From Candidatus Hydrogenedentota bacterium (GTDB lineage Bacteria > Hydrogenedentota > Hydrogenedentia > Hydrogenedentales > SLHB01), in the NCBI GenBank assembly GCA_963674865.2, contig CAXXYE010000008.1, positions 320,001 through 384,000 on the forward strand: a DNA stretch of 64,000 bases. Direction: 5' to 3'. Positions 7,731 through 17,517 of this stretch are shown here, piece after piece. The position numbers were made by a program, and so were the translations under genes. The notes beneath the pieces are model-generated. The model made no database searches and was not told the DNA's origin. It worked only from the letters and a program-made list of their open reading frames with translations. Positions within the stretch are counted from its first letter, which is position 1; each line of letters opens with the position of its first letter.

Positions 7731-9935
7731 CTAGTCCCGTGCGCTCTCGGCCTTATATAGTTGGGGCCGTAGCGCTTCGAAGGCTTCGATTTCTTCACGC
7801 CATTGGCGCGCCATGTGTCTGACGCCCTCGCCTCGCTCAACGCCGCGCCGCAGTCCCGGCCCGCCGGCCAAGGCGTCAAAATGATCATTCCACGCGAACT
7901 CCGCTGGGTGAACGCGTCTGATGGCCTGGATCAGTGCCACGGCGAGCGTGAAAGGGCGCGCCATGCCGGGGTCGGTTACGTCAATCCGTATGCCTTGGCA
8001 AGTCTCGTCTTTGTACCGGGGCTTAATCGCCTTGCCGGGGATGGCGCGCGGCGTGTAGTTGTCGGGGGTGAGCTGGAGGCCGGTAGTCCACTCTGCTTCG
8101 ACCTCTTTCAGAACCACGTCGGGTCGTAGCCAAGGCGCTCCGATAAGCTGAAACGGGGTGTCTGTCCCCCGGCCTTCGTTGAGATTCGTGCCTTCAAACA
8201 GGCACATCCCGATGTAGACGAGCGCCGTCTCCGGCGTCGGGATGTTGGGCGAGGGCGCGAGCCACGGCAGCGAGCAGGAATCGAAGAGGAAATCCGGTGT
8301 CCAGCCATCCAGAGGATGCACCGTCAGAGCCGGTTTGGGGCCGGGCCACTCGCGGGCGAGGAACAGCGTTGCCAATTCGCCCAGCGTCATCCCATGACGC
8401 ACGGGGATGTGGGCATAGCACACCGGCGAGCCGGCCTCATCCGCCGCCGGCCCTTCGATGACGGCTCCACCGAGCGGGTTCGGCCTATCCAGAAGCAGTA
8501 CGGGCGTTCCTGCTTCTCCACAGGCCGCGAGGCACTCGCGCATAGTCGCGGGATAGGTGTAGTACCGCGCACCCACGTCCTGCAGGTCCACCACAAAAAG
8601 GTCCACGCCCGCGAGTTCATCGCGCGAGGGGCGGCGGCGCCGGCCGTACAGACTGATCACCTCCATCCCCGGGGCCGTCTGCCCGCCCACGGATTCCCCG
8701 GCTTCGGCCTGTCCCCGCAGGCCGTGCTCCGGGCTATAGACCACCTTCACGTGGACATCCGGTGCGAGTTTCAGCACATCCAGAATAGGGCGGCCGAGTT
8801 CGTCCACGGCCGCATGATGCGTCAAGAGCGCGATTCGCTTCTCACGCAGCGGGGCGAAGTCGTCCAGGACGAGACGGTCGAGTCCCGTGTGCGTATTACC
8901 GCGGCCGGGATAGAAACGGGCTGCCACGCCGTCGTAGAAGGTGCGTCGAAAAGTCTCGCTGTCCCGGTGCTCGCGGTCAGGATGGCACGTGTTGCCGAGC
9001 AGAATCGCGAACAGGCCGGTGTCGCGGTCCATCCACATGCTGGTGCCCGTCCACCCCGTGTGGCCGAAGGCGGCTCGGCTCGGTAGATAACCTTGCGGTC
9101 CGCCACGCCACGGGTCGAGCTGCCAGCCAAGGCCCTGCCAGGGGTAGCACGCCACCTGGCCCAGCCGCGTCATCTCCGCGAGGGTCGTTTCTTTCAGCAG
9201 CTCTCCTGCCAGCAGCGTCCGGCAGAAACGCGCGACATCCGGCGCTGTCGAGAACAGCCCCGCGTGGCCCGAGACACCGCCCACGGCGTAGGCGTTTTCG
9301 TCGTGGACCTCGCCACGCATCACGCGGCCGCGCCACGAGCACCACGCAGTCGCCGCGCAGCGTTCGCGCATGGCCGGCGGCGGGTTGAAGGTCGTATCCT
9401 TCATTCCCAGCGGCTCAAATATCCTCTTGCGGCAGAAGGCATCCAGCGAGTCGCGGGACGCCAACTCGACCACCATGCCCAGCAGCAGAAAACCGGGGTC
9501 CGAATACCGGCGGCGTGTTCCCGGTTCCCAGTCCGGCTCGATGTCGGCACAGCGCTGCACAAATTCCGTCACGCTGTGGACATCTTTGTAATCCGCGTGC
9601 CAGGCGTAGAGGCCCGACGTGTGGGTGAGGAGATTCCGGATCGTGAATCGGCTCAAGGATGGCACCGGGATATGTTCCGATACCGGCTGATCGAGGGCGA
9701 GGACGCCGTCATCGCGGAGCAGCATGACGGCGGTTGTTGTAGCGATCACTTTTGTCAGCGACGCCAAGTCGTATACCGTTAGCCGCTCCGCGGGGAGGGG
9801 CTTGGGCGTTACCTGCCGCCTGCCCTCGGCCTCGAAGAAATACGTTTCATCCTTGGCCCCGACATAGGCCACGCCGCCGGGGCACTTCGCCTTCGAGACC
9901 GCCTCCCGCAATGCTTTGTGCAATGAATCTTGCAT
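7731..9935 (-). CDS. Serine hydrolase (beta-lactamase class C/AmiE-like) fused to DUF1343 exo-beta-N-acetylmuramidase NamZ-like domain
   Basis: N-half: YDLASLTKV (SxxK), LLTHTSGL, YSD, GHAGLFS, FGHTGWTG. C-half: SPEHGLRG, DLQDVGARYYTY, LDRPNPLGG, RHGMTLGELA, PSPNIPT, NEGRGT. Confidence 0.9.
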   Translation of the reverse strand: MQDSLHKALREAVSKAKCPGGVAYVGAKDETYFFEAEGRRQVTPKPLPAERLTVYDLASLTKVIATTTAVMLLRDDGVLALDQPVSEHIPVPSLSRFTIRNLLTHTSGLYAWHADYKDVHSVTEFVQRCADIEPDWEPGTRRRYSDPGFLLLGMVVELASRDSLDAFCRKRIFEPLGMKDTTFNPPPAMRERCAATAWCSWRGRVMRGEVHDENAYAVGGVSGHAGLFSTAPDVARFCRTLLAGELLKETTLAEMTRLGQVACYPWQGLGWQLDPWRGGPQGYLPSRAAFGHTGWTGTSMWMDRDTGLFAILLGNTCHPDREHRDSETFRRTFYDGVAARFYPGRGNTHTGLDRLVLDDFAPLREKRIALLTHHAAVDELGRPILDVLKLAPDVHVKVVYSPEHGLRGQAEAGESVGGQTAPGMEVISLYGRRRRPSRDELAGVDLFVVDLQDVGARYYTYPATMRECLAACGEAGTPVLLLDRPNPLGGAVIEGPAADEAGSPVCYAHIPVRHGMTLGELATLFLAREWPGPKPALTVHPLDGWTPDFLFDSCSLPWLAPSPNIPTPETALVYIGMCLFEGTNLNEGRGTDTPFQLIGAPWLRPDVVLKEVEAEWTTGLQLTPDNYTPRAIPGKAIKPRYKDETCQGIRIDVTDPGMARPFTLAVALIQAIRRVHPAEFAWNDHFDALAGGPGLRRGVERGEGVRHMARQWREEIEAFEALRPQLYKAESARD

Positions 9936-10289
9936 TATCCTCTCACATGCATGCCTGCTGCCACTCTGCGGGATTATCTTCGATACGCGCGGGGCGTGCA
10001 ACCGTCCCGCGTCGCCGCAATCGCCGACTAATTCGACCGTGCCGCGCGCTTGGCACCTCTGAGCGACTTCTCCTCTTGAAACCTGCTCACCTATTAGGTG
10101 AAGCCACCCATCTTGCGAACGCCTTTTCCTCCAATGACCTGACGCGCGGCACAATTGGCAATCCGGCCACCGGGGCGTCGGCGATCCAGAGTCAGGGCGC
10201 CGTGGCCTGCTTGACGCGCTTCGGGCGAGATAGCCATACTCGCGAAATCAGAGTCAGAATTCCGAAAGAGACATCGGGGAAGGTGTTTT

Positions 10290-12701
10290 GTGAGGCGAAA
10301 GGCGACTATCGTACGCGCGGCCGCGCTCCTTGCGGCGCCGGTGCTCCTTCACGATCAGGGCGCCGCCCCGCTCGCCATCCTGGCGTGTCTTCACCTGGTT
10401 GTCCTTGCCTCACCTGCGTATGCGTTCTGCTTTCTCCTGGTTCTCCTGGCTCTTGCGCTGCCCAGTGCCGCGGACAGGCTGGGGGATTTCTGGGCATCGG
10501 TAGACAGACTCCTTCGAGGGGCTGACGTCGCAGGACTCAGCAGCAGCACTTGGATGCTCATTCTGGCCGTCGGATTGCTCTGTGCCATGGGCCTGCGCTG
10601 GGCCAAGAAGCCGCAGGCCGGTGCCGGCGCGACAAGGGAGGATGAGCCGCCGCCCTTCAAAGCTTGGTTTGTGTTGGGCGCGGTAGCTCTCGGCGTATCT
10701 GTTCTCGGACTGTTGCTTGCTTCCGCCGGTGTGGCTATCTTCCGCGATTATGCCTTCTTCAACGCCATCTGGCATGTGGTCACGACGAAAACATCGCTTC
10801 TCACCTTCAATCTGGTACTTGTTGTGGTGTTAGGCGTGTCGGGGCGGCTCGTCGAGCGGCCTGCTCCCGGCGCCCGCGCCGCCGAAGCGTTGCACTTCGC
10901 GGGCCGGGGCCTTCGCCTGTGGCTCATCAACGCGGCTGTCATGCTGGTGCTTGGCTGGCTGGCCCACGAAGCCGCGTTGGGCGAGGCGGCGGTGTGGGCG
11001 CTTTCGCTGCTACTGCTTCAACAGGCGCTCGGGAGGGCCGTGGACGCCCCGCTATGGGGCGCCGGCGCCATATCAGGCGTCCGGGATGATCATCCCCTTG
11101 CGGATACAGCTCTGGATAAGGATCGCTCGCCCGCCCGCCTGTGGGTGCTGGCTCTTGTCGCTCTCGCGAGTCTTTATCCCTTCTGGGTGGCCAGCCAGGC
11201 GTGGCGTTTCCTTGGTGATGACGCCTATATCACGCTTACCTACGCGAAGTGCATTGCCGATGGCCGCGGCTTTGTCTTCAACCATCCTCCTCCCACCCTC
11301 GGGACCACCACGCCCTTCTTTGCCCTCACTATCGGCCTGCTGGGCAGGGCGATGCGGGGTGTCGACGTCAGTCAGATCGCGGCCGTCTTCACGGCATTGT
11401 GTTGGGTGGGCACGGCGTGGCTCGTGGTGCTCTTCCGGAAGCGCTTCGGCCTCTCGCAGGTTGAGGCCGCCATCGTGGCGTGCGTCGTCCTCTTTTCTGT
11501 ATACATCGCAAGCACCATCGGCAATCCCATCGGGGCCGAGGCGCTCGTATTCTCCTTCCTGCTCACCTTGAGCATTGCCCTTGCCGTGAGCCGCTGCTGG
11601 TTCGCCGCCGGAATCACCACAGGCCTACTCTTCCTCACGCGAGGGGAAGGCGCTCTATTGGGGCCCATCCTCGCGGTGTTCGCGCTCATCACGTCGTTGA
11701 AGGAGAAGCCGAAGAATCCGCTGGCGCATCTCTGGGCGCCGTGCCTTCTTGCTCTGGGCTTTGCCTTGCCGGTGCTGGCGTGGTTTCTATACGCCAAGGC
11801 CACCTTCGGGCATTTCCTCCCCCACACACTCGAGGTCAAGATGGCGCAAGGCCGCGCGGCCGTACGTCCGACGTTCGTCCAGAGGTTGCCTTACTGGGCA
11901 TCCCATTGGGGAGGCCGTTTCCCGGGCGTGCCTCAACTCAAGTACCTCTTCTGGGCGCTGGCGTTCTTGGGCCTCGTTTTCCCGATCTACGGCAATCCCC
12001 GCTGGTACATGTTCCTGATATGGGGATACGCTTATGTAATCGGATACGCGGCCCTGGGCGTCCGGGCGTACCATTGGTACCAGAAGCCGCTGCAATTCGT
12101 CTGGATTTTGCTGGTCGGCCTGGGCATTGTTGCGCTCATCCGAGTGCTCACGCGTATGCCGCGGACGAAGCGCGCCTTAGGCCGGGCCGTCGCCGCCTTG
12201 ATCGCCGCGGCGGGACTGGGCTTTCCGCTTGCCGGCAACGTGTGGCGCACGCTCCATTACGAAGGCGATCCGCGCGCCCCATCCTATCTGTCGGCCTGTC
12301 AGTGGCTTCGCGAGCACACCAAGCCAGAGGAAAGCGTTGTCGCGGGTGAAATCGGATATGTCGGCTACTTCACCGACAAAAGGATTATCGATCTGGCCGG
12401 TCTGATCATGCCTGAGGCATGTGAGGGCGGCGAGGTGCGCGGCACCAATTGGATCCTCCAAACCTACGAGCCCGACTGCTTCTTCACTGCGTGGCAGACA
12501 CCTGAAGAAGGCCGCAATCTGGAGGATCACTTCTCCACCAAAGCGGGCGAGTACCGGCTTGTCCATTTCGTTCAGCCGAGCGAAACCGACCGCGGGTGCG
12601 CGGTCTACAAACGCAGCAACGCCCCTGTATCATCTGATGATTCCGCCGCCGTGCGCAGGTTAAGGCCTCGCCCGGGCACACGCGGCCCAACGTGGTTCTG
12701 A
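10290..12701 (+). CDS. Polytopic membrane protein, GT-C (ArnT/PMT-like) glycosyltransferase
   Basis: Many TM helices. DDAYITLTYAK..GRGFVFN..GTTTP, LTRGEG, GEIGYVGYF..IIDLAGL motifs. Confidence 0.75.
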   Translation: MRRKATIVRAAALLAAPVLLHDQGAAPLAILACLHLVVLASPAYAFCFLLVLLALALPSAADRLGDFWASVDRLLRGADVAGLSSSTWMLILAVGLLCAMGLRWAKKPQAGAGATREDEPPPFKAWFVLGAVALGVSVLGLLLASAGVAIFRDYAFFNAIWHVVTTKTSLLTFNLVLVVVLGVSGRLVERPAPGARAAEALHFAGRGLRLWLINAAVMLVLGWLAHEAALGEAAVWALSLLLLQQALGRAVDAPLWGAGAISGVRDDHPLADTALDKDRSPARLWVLALVALASLYPFWVASQAWRFLGDDAYITLTYAKCIADGRGFVFNHPPPTLGTTTPFFALTIGLLGRAMRGVDVSQIAAVFTALCWVGTAWLVVLFRKRFGLSQVEAAIVACVVLFSVYIASTIGNPIGAEALVFSFLLTLSIALAVSRCWFAAGITTGLLFLTRGEGALLGPILAVFALITSLKEKPKNPLAHLWAPCLLALGFALPVLAWFLYAKATFGHFLPHTLEVKMAQGRAAVRPTFVQRLPYWASHWGGRFPGVPQLKYLFWALAFLGLVFPIYGNPRWYMFLIWGYAYVIGYAALGVRAYHWYQKPLQFVWILLVGLGIVALIRVLTRMPRTKRALGRAVAALIAAAGLGFPLAGNVWRTLHYEGDPRAPSYLSACQWLREHTKPEESVVAGEIGYVGYFTDKRIIDLAGLIMPEACEGGEVRGTNWILQTYEPDCFFTAWQTPEEGRNLEDHFSTKAGEYRLVHFVQPSETDRGCAVYKRSNAPVSSDDSAAVRRLRPRPGTRGPTWF

Positions 12702-13951
12702 TCATCATCGACACACTGCGTGCCGACAAACTCGGCTGCTATGGATTTACCAAGGAGACCTCCCCCGAACTCGATCGCTTCGCAGCAGAAGGCGTCCAAT
12801 TCAGACGCGTCGTGTCTCAGTGCAGTTGGACCCGGCCGTCTATCGCCTCCATGTTGAGCTCCCGCTATCCACGAACACTCATCCTCTACAGGGAAGAAGA
12901 CGAGATCCTCAACGACCGCTTTTTCATGCTATCCGAGACTCTTCGCGACCACGGCTATACGGCCCTCGGCGTCACCGCAAAGCCGGTGATCAATAGCGCG
13001 TTCAACATGGATCAGGGCTTTGCGACGTACATCGACAGCGATGTTATCTTCTCCTGGATGCAGTCTGACGAGGGCCAGCGCACGGCGCGGAATGAGCGAC
13101 TTGCCTCCGCCAGAGAGATCTTCGACACCACGCTCGGACTTGTAGCCGACGCGCATGAGTTTCCGTACTACATCCAACTCAATATCATGGAAATGCACGA
13201 GTTCTGGCGGCGAGTCCACCACCTCACCCGGCCCGAATTCGGTAGCTACTTCGAGGGATTGGCGAGTGCCGCGTACCTGCGCGCGCTCCGGCAGGTATCC
13301 CTGGATATCGATGCCTTCGTCAAGGAACTGACCGTCCTGCCCGGATGGCAGGACACCATTTTCATTTTCACCAGCGACCACGGCCAAGGGCTTACCGATC
13401 ACCCGAGTGTGCCGCACTCGGAAAGCCACGGCCGCCTGTTGTACGAGTCGCAGGTTATCGTGCCGCTGATCCTCTACCATCCCCTTCAGAAGCTGGGAAC
13501 AGGGAGCGTCGACCAGCCCGTTCGCCTGCTGGACCTCGCCCCCACGCTGCTCGACCTGCTCGGAATTCCGGCCCCTGAGGAGTATCAAGGCACTTCGCTG
13601 GTCGCCCTGTTCCGTGAGCAGCACGCTGTTCCAGACCTCCCCGAAGCCTTCGTCGCCGAGACGCACTTCCGCGGTTTCGACAAGATTGCCGTCTACGCGG
13701 GTGACTGGGACTATATCGAGAATCGCGACGGCCATCCCTCCTTGAATCCCCAAGAACTTCAGCGTGCTCAAGCGTGGCAGGATGGCCGCAAGACCGACCA
13801 GGCCTCGAAGCACCCGGATGTGGTCAGTCGACTGCAAGCATTCCTACAAAACTGGGAGCAATCCTTCCCGCCGGTCCAGGCAACGACGATTGCGCGGGAG
13901 CTATCTGGCGATGTAAGGTATCAACTGAAGGCCATCGGCTACTTGGACTGA
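12692..13951 (+). CDS. Sulfatase-like hydrolase/transferase (alkaline phosphatase superfamily); possibly the frameshifted C-terminal domain of the upstream gene
   Basis: (RPN)VVLIIIDTLRAD, SWTRPS, TSDHGQ, LYESQVIVPLI, LDLAPTLLD, LKAIGYLD. Confidence 0.85.
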   Translation: MVLIIIDTLRADKLGCYGFTKETSPELDRFAAEGVQFRRVVSQCSWTRPSIASMLSSRYPRTLILYREEDEILNDRFFMLSETLRDHGYTALGVTAKPVINSAFNMDQGFATYIDSDVIFSWMQSDEGQRTARNERLASAREIFDTTLGLVADAHEFPYYIQLNIMEMHEFWRRVHHLTRPEFGSYFEGLASAAYLRALRQVSLDIDAFVKELTVLPGWQDTIFIFTSDHGQGLTDHPSVPHSESHGRLLYESQVIVPLILYHPLQKLGTGSVDQPVRLLDLAPTLLDLLGIPAPEEYQGTSLVALFREQHAVPDLPEAFVAETHFRGFDKIAVYAGDWDYIENRDGHPSLNPQELQRAQAWQDGRKTDQASKHPDVVSRLQAFLQNWEQSFPPVQATTIARELSGDVRYQLKAIGYLD

Positions 13952-14000
13952 AACGCGGCGACAAGCTCCGCCACGCGCACGCGTGAGGAGAACGGACGAC

Positions 14001-14213
14001 ATGGCGCTCGATGATGATGATACACACTGGTTTGGGCGGATCCTCGGAGGTATCGTAGTCGGCGTTGGGGCATTCCTCATACTTACTTTCGAGAGCTTCT
14101 GGGAATTGACGCTTACTCCGCGTATTGCAATCGCCGCTAGTTTCGGCCTGTTCTTCCTGCTCTTCGGAGGCAATGTCTGGCGCTGGATCAGGGAACTGGA
14201 GTGGTGGTTGTGA
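14001..14213 (+). CDS. Small membrane protein
   Basis: GAGGAG upstream; two hydrophobic helices. Confidence 0.65.
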   Translation: MALDDDDTHWFGRILGGIVVGVGAFLILTFESFWELTLTPRIAIAASFGLFFLLFGGNVWRWIRELEWWL

Positions 14214-14261
14214 CGGTGTCACGCGCCGTGTGAGAGCGTGCCAAGGGGGAATCGAGGGAAG

Positions 14262-15011
14262 ATGGAGCGGCTTATTGAGTCCACGGCCCTTTTCCTTGCG
14301 GGATACATTCCATCGTGGAAGGGCATTTTCGTCGGGGCGCCGATAGGCCTTGCCTGGTTCTATGCCTGTCTCTCGCTCGCCGGGCACCTCAAGCTCCGCA
14401 GAGGTTTCAAGACGGGATACAGCCGTAAGGTCTTCCATTTCCTCGTCTTCACGAGCGTTGCTCTTATCCATTGGATTTGGGACGTTCGTATTGTCTGCGT
14501 CTTTGGCGCATCCTGCACCGTGGTGATCTTCTACGCTGTTTTCCGGGGAGCCGGCCATCCTCTGTACGAAGCGCTTGCCAGAGAGAAGGATGCGCCGCAC
14601 CGGACTCATTACATCATCACGCCATACTTCGCGACGCTTATCGGGGGGCTTGCCTCGAATATGCTGTTCGGCCCGATGGCCATTGTCGGTTACCTCGTTA
14701 CCGGATTCGGCGATGCCGTCGGCGAGCCGATCGGCACCCGGTTCGGGAGGCATACATACCGCGTGCCCGCGCGCGCCGGCGTTCCGGCCGTCCGGAGCTG
14801 GGAGGGATCCTCAGCCGTCTTCGTTGCGTCGCTCGTGGCCATTCTGGCTGCCGTGGGGCTGTTGCCCGAACTGTCTTTCGGTTGGCCATCTATGTTCGTG
14901 ATTTCTGTGCTCGGGCTTGCATGTGCCGTTGTCGAGGCCGTGTCCCCCCACGGGTGGGACAACGCAACGATGCAGATTGTCCCCTCCATGCTGGCCACGC
15001 TCTTGCTCTAG
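14262..15011 (+). CDS. Dolichol/phytol kinase-like membrane protein (CTP-dependent polyprenol kinase family)
   Basis: SRKVFH, GFGDAVGEPIGTRFGRH, RSWEGS, EAVSPHGWDN motifs. Confidence 0.8.
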   Translation: MERLIESTALFLAGYIPSWKGIFVGAPIGLAWFYACLSLAGHLKLRRGFKTGYSRKVFHFLVFTSVALIHWIWDVRIVCVFGASCTVVIFYAVFRGAGHPLYEALAREKDAPHRTHYIITPYFATLIGGLASNMLFGPMAIVGYLVTGFGDAVGEPIGTRFGRHTYRVPARAGVPAVRSWEGSSAVFVASLVAILAAVGLLPELSFGWPSMFVISVLGLACAVVEAVSPHGWDNATMQIVPSMLATLLL

Positions 15012-15113
15012 CGCCGGCGGTTTACGCCCGGTTGTTCCACACCTCGTTGGAGGGAGACCCCTTCGCGCCTGAGCGGCTCCGGCGAAGGCTCGCAGTCGGA
15101 CTGCTCGAGCCTC

Positions 15114-15791
15114 CTAGCGAGGCGGCCCTGGCATTGGCCTGATAGGCGGGACTCCGTCGAGTGTACCGCCTTGCACGCCGACGTTGACTGCGGCGGGCGG
15201 CAGCGGATTGGGGCGCACGGCGCCCGGTTCCGGATCTATCCCCTGGAAACGGGTGTAGTAATTGGGGCGCGCCGGCACCTCGGGCAGATTGCCCGCGTAG
15301 TCCCCGTCATCATCGCACGCGTAATACCGCGTAATGCTGTGTTTGCTGACCACCTTGAACTCGTTATCCCTCTTCGCCTTCTCCTCGGCCCCCGGCAAGT
15401 CCATATGCTGTGGCGCCGTGGCAACGATCTCGTAGTAGAACCGGATGGCGTAGGCGATGGGATAGATCAGCGAGTCCGAGCGATAGATGTCCCGCACTTC
15501 GTAGCCGGTGAAATGCCGGTACATCTTGATGTATATGCCCGTCTCTCCCATGGGAAGATCTTGCGTGTGCAACTGCACCTTGGCCTTGTAGGCTGCGTCA
15601 GCCACATTGAACCTCGTCAGATCCGCCTCGGCGAGGTCGGCGGCTTTCTCCTTGAGCATGTCGACGAAGGCTTTCGAGCGGATTGCCGGGCTTGGCGCGG
15701 CGGGAGGCGAGGAGGAAGAGCCGGACAGATTCGTCTGGCTGCAGCCAAGGGCCAATATGCTCAACACAAGGAACGGGATGAACATCTTCAT
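15114..15791 (-). CDS. Hypothetical lipoprotein
   Basis: Signal peptide with lipobox LALGC, Ser/Pro linker, Pro-rich tail. Confidence 0.7.
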   Translation of the reverse strand: MKMFIPFLVLSILALGCSQTNLSGSSSSPPAAPSPAIRSKAFVDMLKEKAADLAEADLTRFNVADAAYKAKVQLHTQDLPMGETGIYIKMYRHFTGYEVRDIYRSDSLIYPIAYAIRFYYEIVATAPQHMDLPGAEEKAKRDNEFKVVSKHSITRYYACDDDGDYAGNLPEVPARPNYYTRFQGIDPEPGAVRPNPLPPAAVNVGVQGGTLDGVPPIRPMPGPPR

Positions 15792-16018
15792 GAGTGCTTC
15801 CTCCAAGAGAGGGGAGGTGTGTGGGGAATTTTCCTACGCGTATGACCCTCCCCAATACCAGACTATATTATACCTTTGGTCTTTCCGAGGTTCCAGAATC
15901 GGCCATTCGCCGGCGGCCGTGGTAATATGATCTCGCGCAGGGGAAAACGCAGCCACGATGTCCTATAGCCTGCACGCTCCGCACTTGGAGCCGGCTGGGC
16001 CCGGAGGAGGTGCGTTTG

Positions 16019-17416
16019 ATGGTTAATGCTCAGGTTCAGCAAGAGCGCATCAGAGATCTGAACGACCTACCTGGCCGCTCGGGGCGGTATGTCCTCTATT
16101 GGATGCAGCAATCGCAGCGCGCCGAGTGCAACCACGCCCTCGAATTCGCGGCCCAGCAGGCCAATGAACTGCGCCGGCCCCTGGTGGTCGTGTTTGGCCT
16201 GATGGGAGACTATCCCGGCGCCAATCGGCGTCACTACCTCTTTATGCTGCAGGGCCTTGAAGAGACACGCCGGACGCTGAAAGAGCGCGGAATTCGCTTC
16301 GTGATTCGGCTCGGACGGCCCGATGCTGTCGCGCTGGACATGGCCCAGGACGCCTCGATGGTAGTCTGCGACGCTGCATACCTCCGCCATCAGAAGCGAT
16401 GGCGGCGAGAGGTGGCCCGCCGCGCGTCATGCCGCGTGTGTCAGGTCGAGGCCGACGTGGTGGTTCCCGTCGAAGTGGCTTCCGATAAGTCCGAATATGC
16501 CGCGCGAACCATCCGGCCCAAGATCCAGCGCCGGCTCGACGCTTTCCTCAAGGGACTCCCCGCCATGTCTCTCGAAAGGGACTCCCTCGGTATGCGCATC
16601 CGTGGGCCCGCCCCCGCCAAGCCGGAGCAATGGCTTGAAGAACTCGGTGTGGAGGCGTCCGCGCCGCCGGTGGCGCGCTTTTTCACGGGCGGCACGGGCG
16701 AGGCTATACGCCGTCTGCGGGACTTCATCCAACATGGCCTTGCGGGATACGCCACCAGGCGCAGGGAACTCACCGGTGTGGGTGTATCGGAACTTGGCCC
16801 CTACCTCCACTTCGGGCAGATTGCACCGCTTCAGATTGCTCTCGAGGTGCGCGCGTCGCGCGCCGGCTCAAAGGATGATCGCGAGGCCTTTCTGGAGGAA
16901 TTGATCATCCGGCGGGAACTGGCCTGCAACTACGCCCATTTCACGTCGAATTACGACGCGTTTGACGCTTTGCCCGCCTGGGCGCGGAAGACGTTGGCCA
17001 AACACGCCGGCGATGCGCGGGAGCACGTCTACACGCTCCGGCAACTGGAAGCCGCGAAGACGCACGACAGGTACTGGAACGCCGCCATGTCCGAAATGCG
17101 GGCCACCGGTTACCTTCACAATCACCTCCGCATGTACTGGGGAAAAAAGATCCTCGAATGGAGCGCATCCCCCGAGAAAGCCTTCCGCAGCGCTCTGGCG
17201 CTCAACAATAAGTACTTTCTCGACGGGCGCGACGCCAACTCATTCGCCAATGTAGCCTGGCTCTTCGGCCTCCACGATCGCCCCTGGGGGGAGCGGCCTA
17301 TCTTCGGAACGGTGCGGTACATGTCGGCCGAGGGCCTCGAACGCAAGTGCGATATGGCCGGTTACCTGGAGCATGTGGACGCCCTGCTTGCGCAGCAACG
17401 CGAGGAATGCCCGTAG
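16019..17416 (+). CDS. phrB: Deoxyribodipyrimidine photo-lyase, class II
   Basis: VLYWMQQSQRAECNHAL, EYAARTIRPKI, PYLHFGQI, FLEELIIRRELA, THDRYWNAA, LRMYWGKKILEW, DGRDANS, HDRPWGERPIFG.VRYM. Confidence 0.95.
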   Translation: MVNAQVQQERIRDLNDLPGRSGRYVLYWMQQSQRAECNHALEFAAQQANELRRPLVVVFGLMGDYPGANRRHYLFMLQGLEETRRTLKERGIRFVIRLGRPDAVALDMAQDASMVVCDAAYLRHQKRWRREVARRASCRVCQVEADVVVPVEVASDKSEYAARTIRPKIQRRLDAFLKGLPAMSLERDSLGMRIRGPAPAKPEQWLEELGVEASAPPVARFFTGGTGEAIRRLRDFIQHGLAGYATRRRELTGVGVSELGPYLHFGQIAPLQIALEVRASRAGSKDDREAFLEELIIRRELACNYAHFTSNYDAFDALPAWARKTLAKHAGDAREHVYTLRQLEAAKTHDRYWNAAMSEMRATGYLHNHLRMYWGKKILEWSASPEKAFRSALALNNKYFLDGRDANSFANVAWLFGLHDRPWGERPIFGTVRYMSAEGLERKCDMAGYLEHVDALLAQQREECP

Positions 17417-17517
17417 GTTCGCGCGGAGTTGAACTCCGGCGCGCGCGCAAGTATGTTGCTCTCCACGATTCGCGCAAGGCCGCGCCTTCGCCCGGCATGT
17501 TGGAAAGGAAGCAAAGC

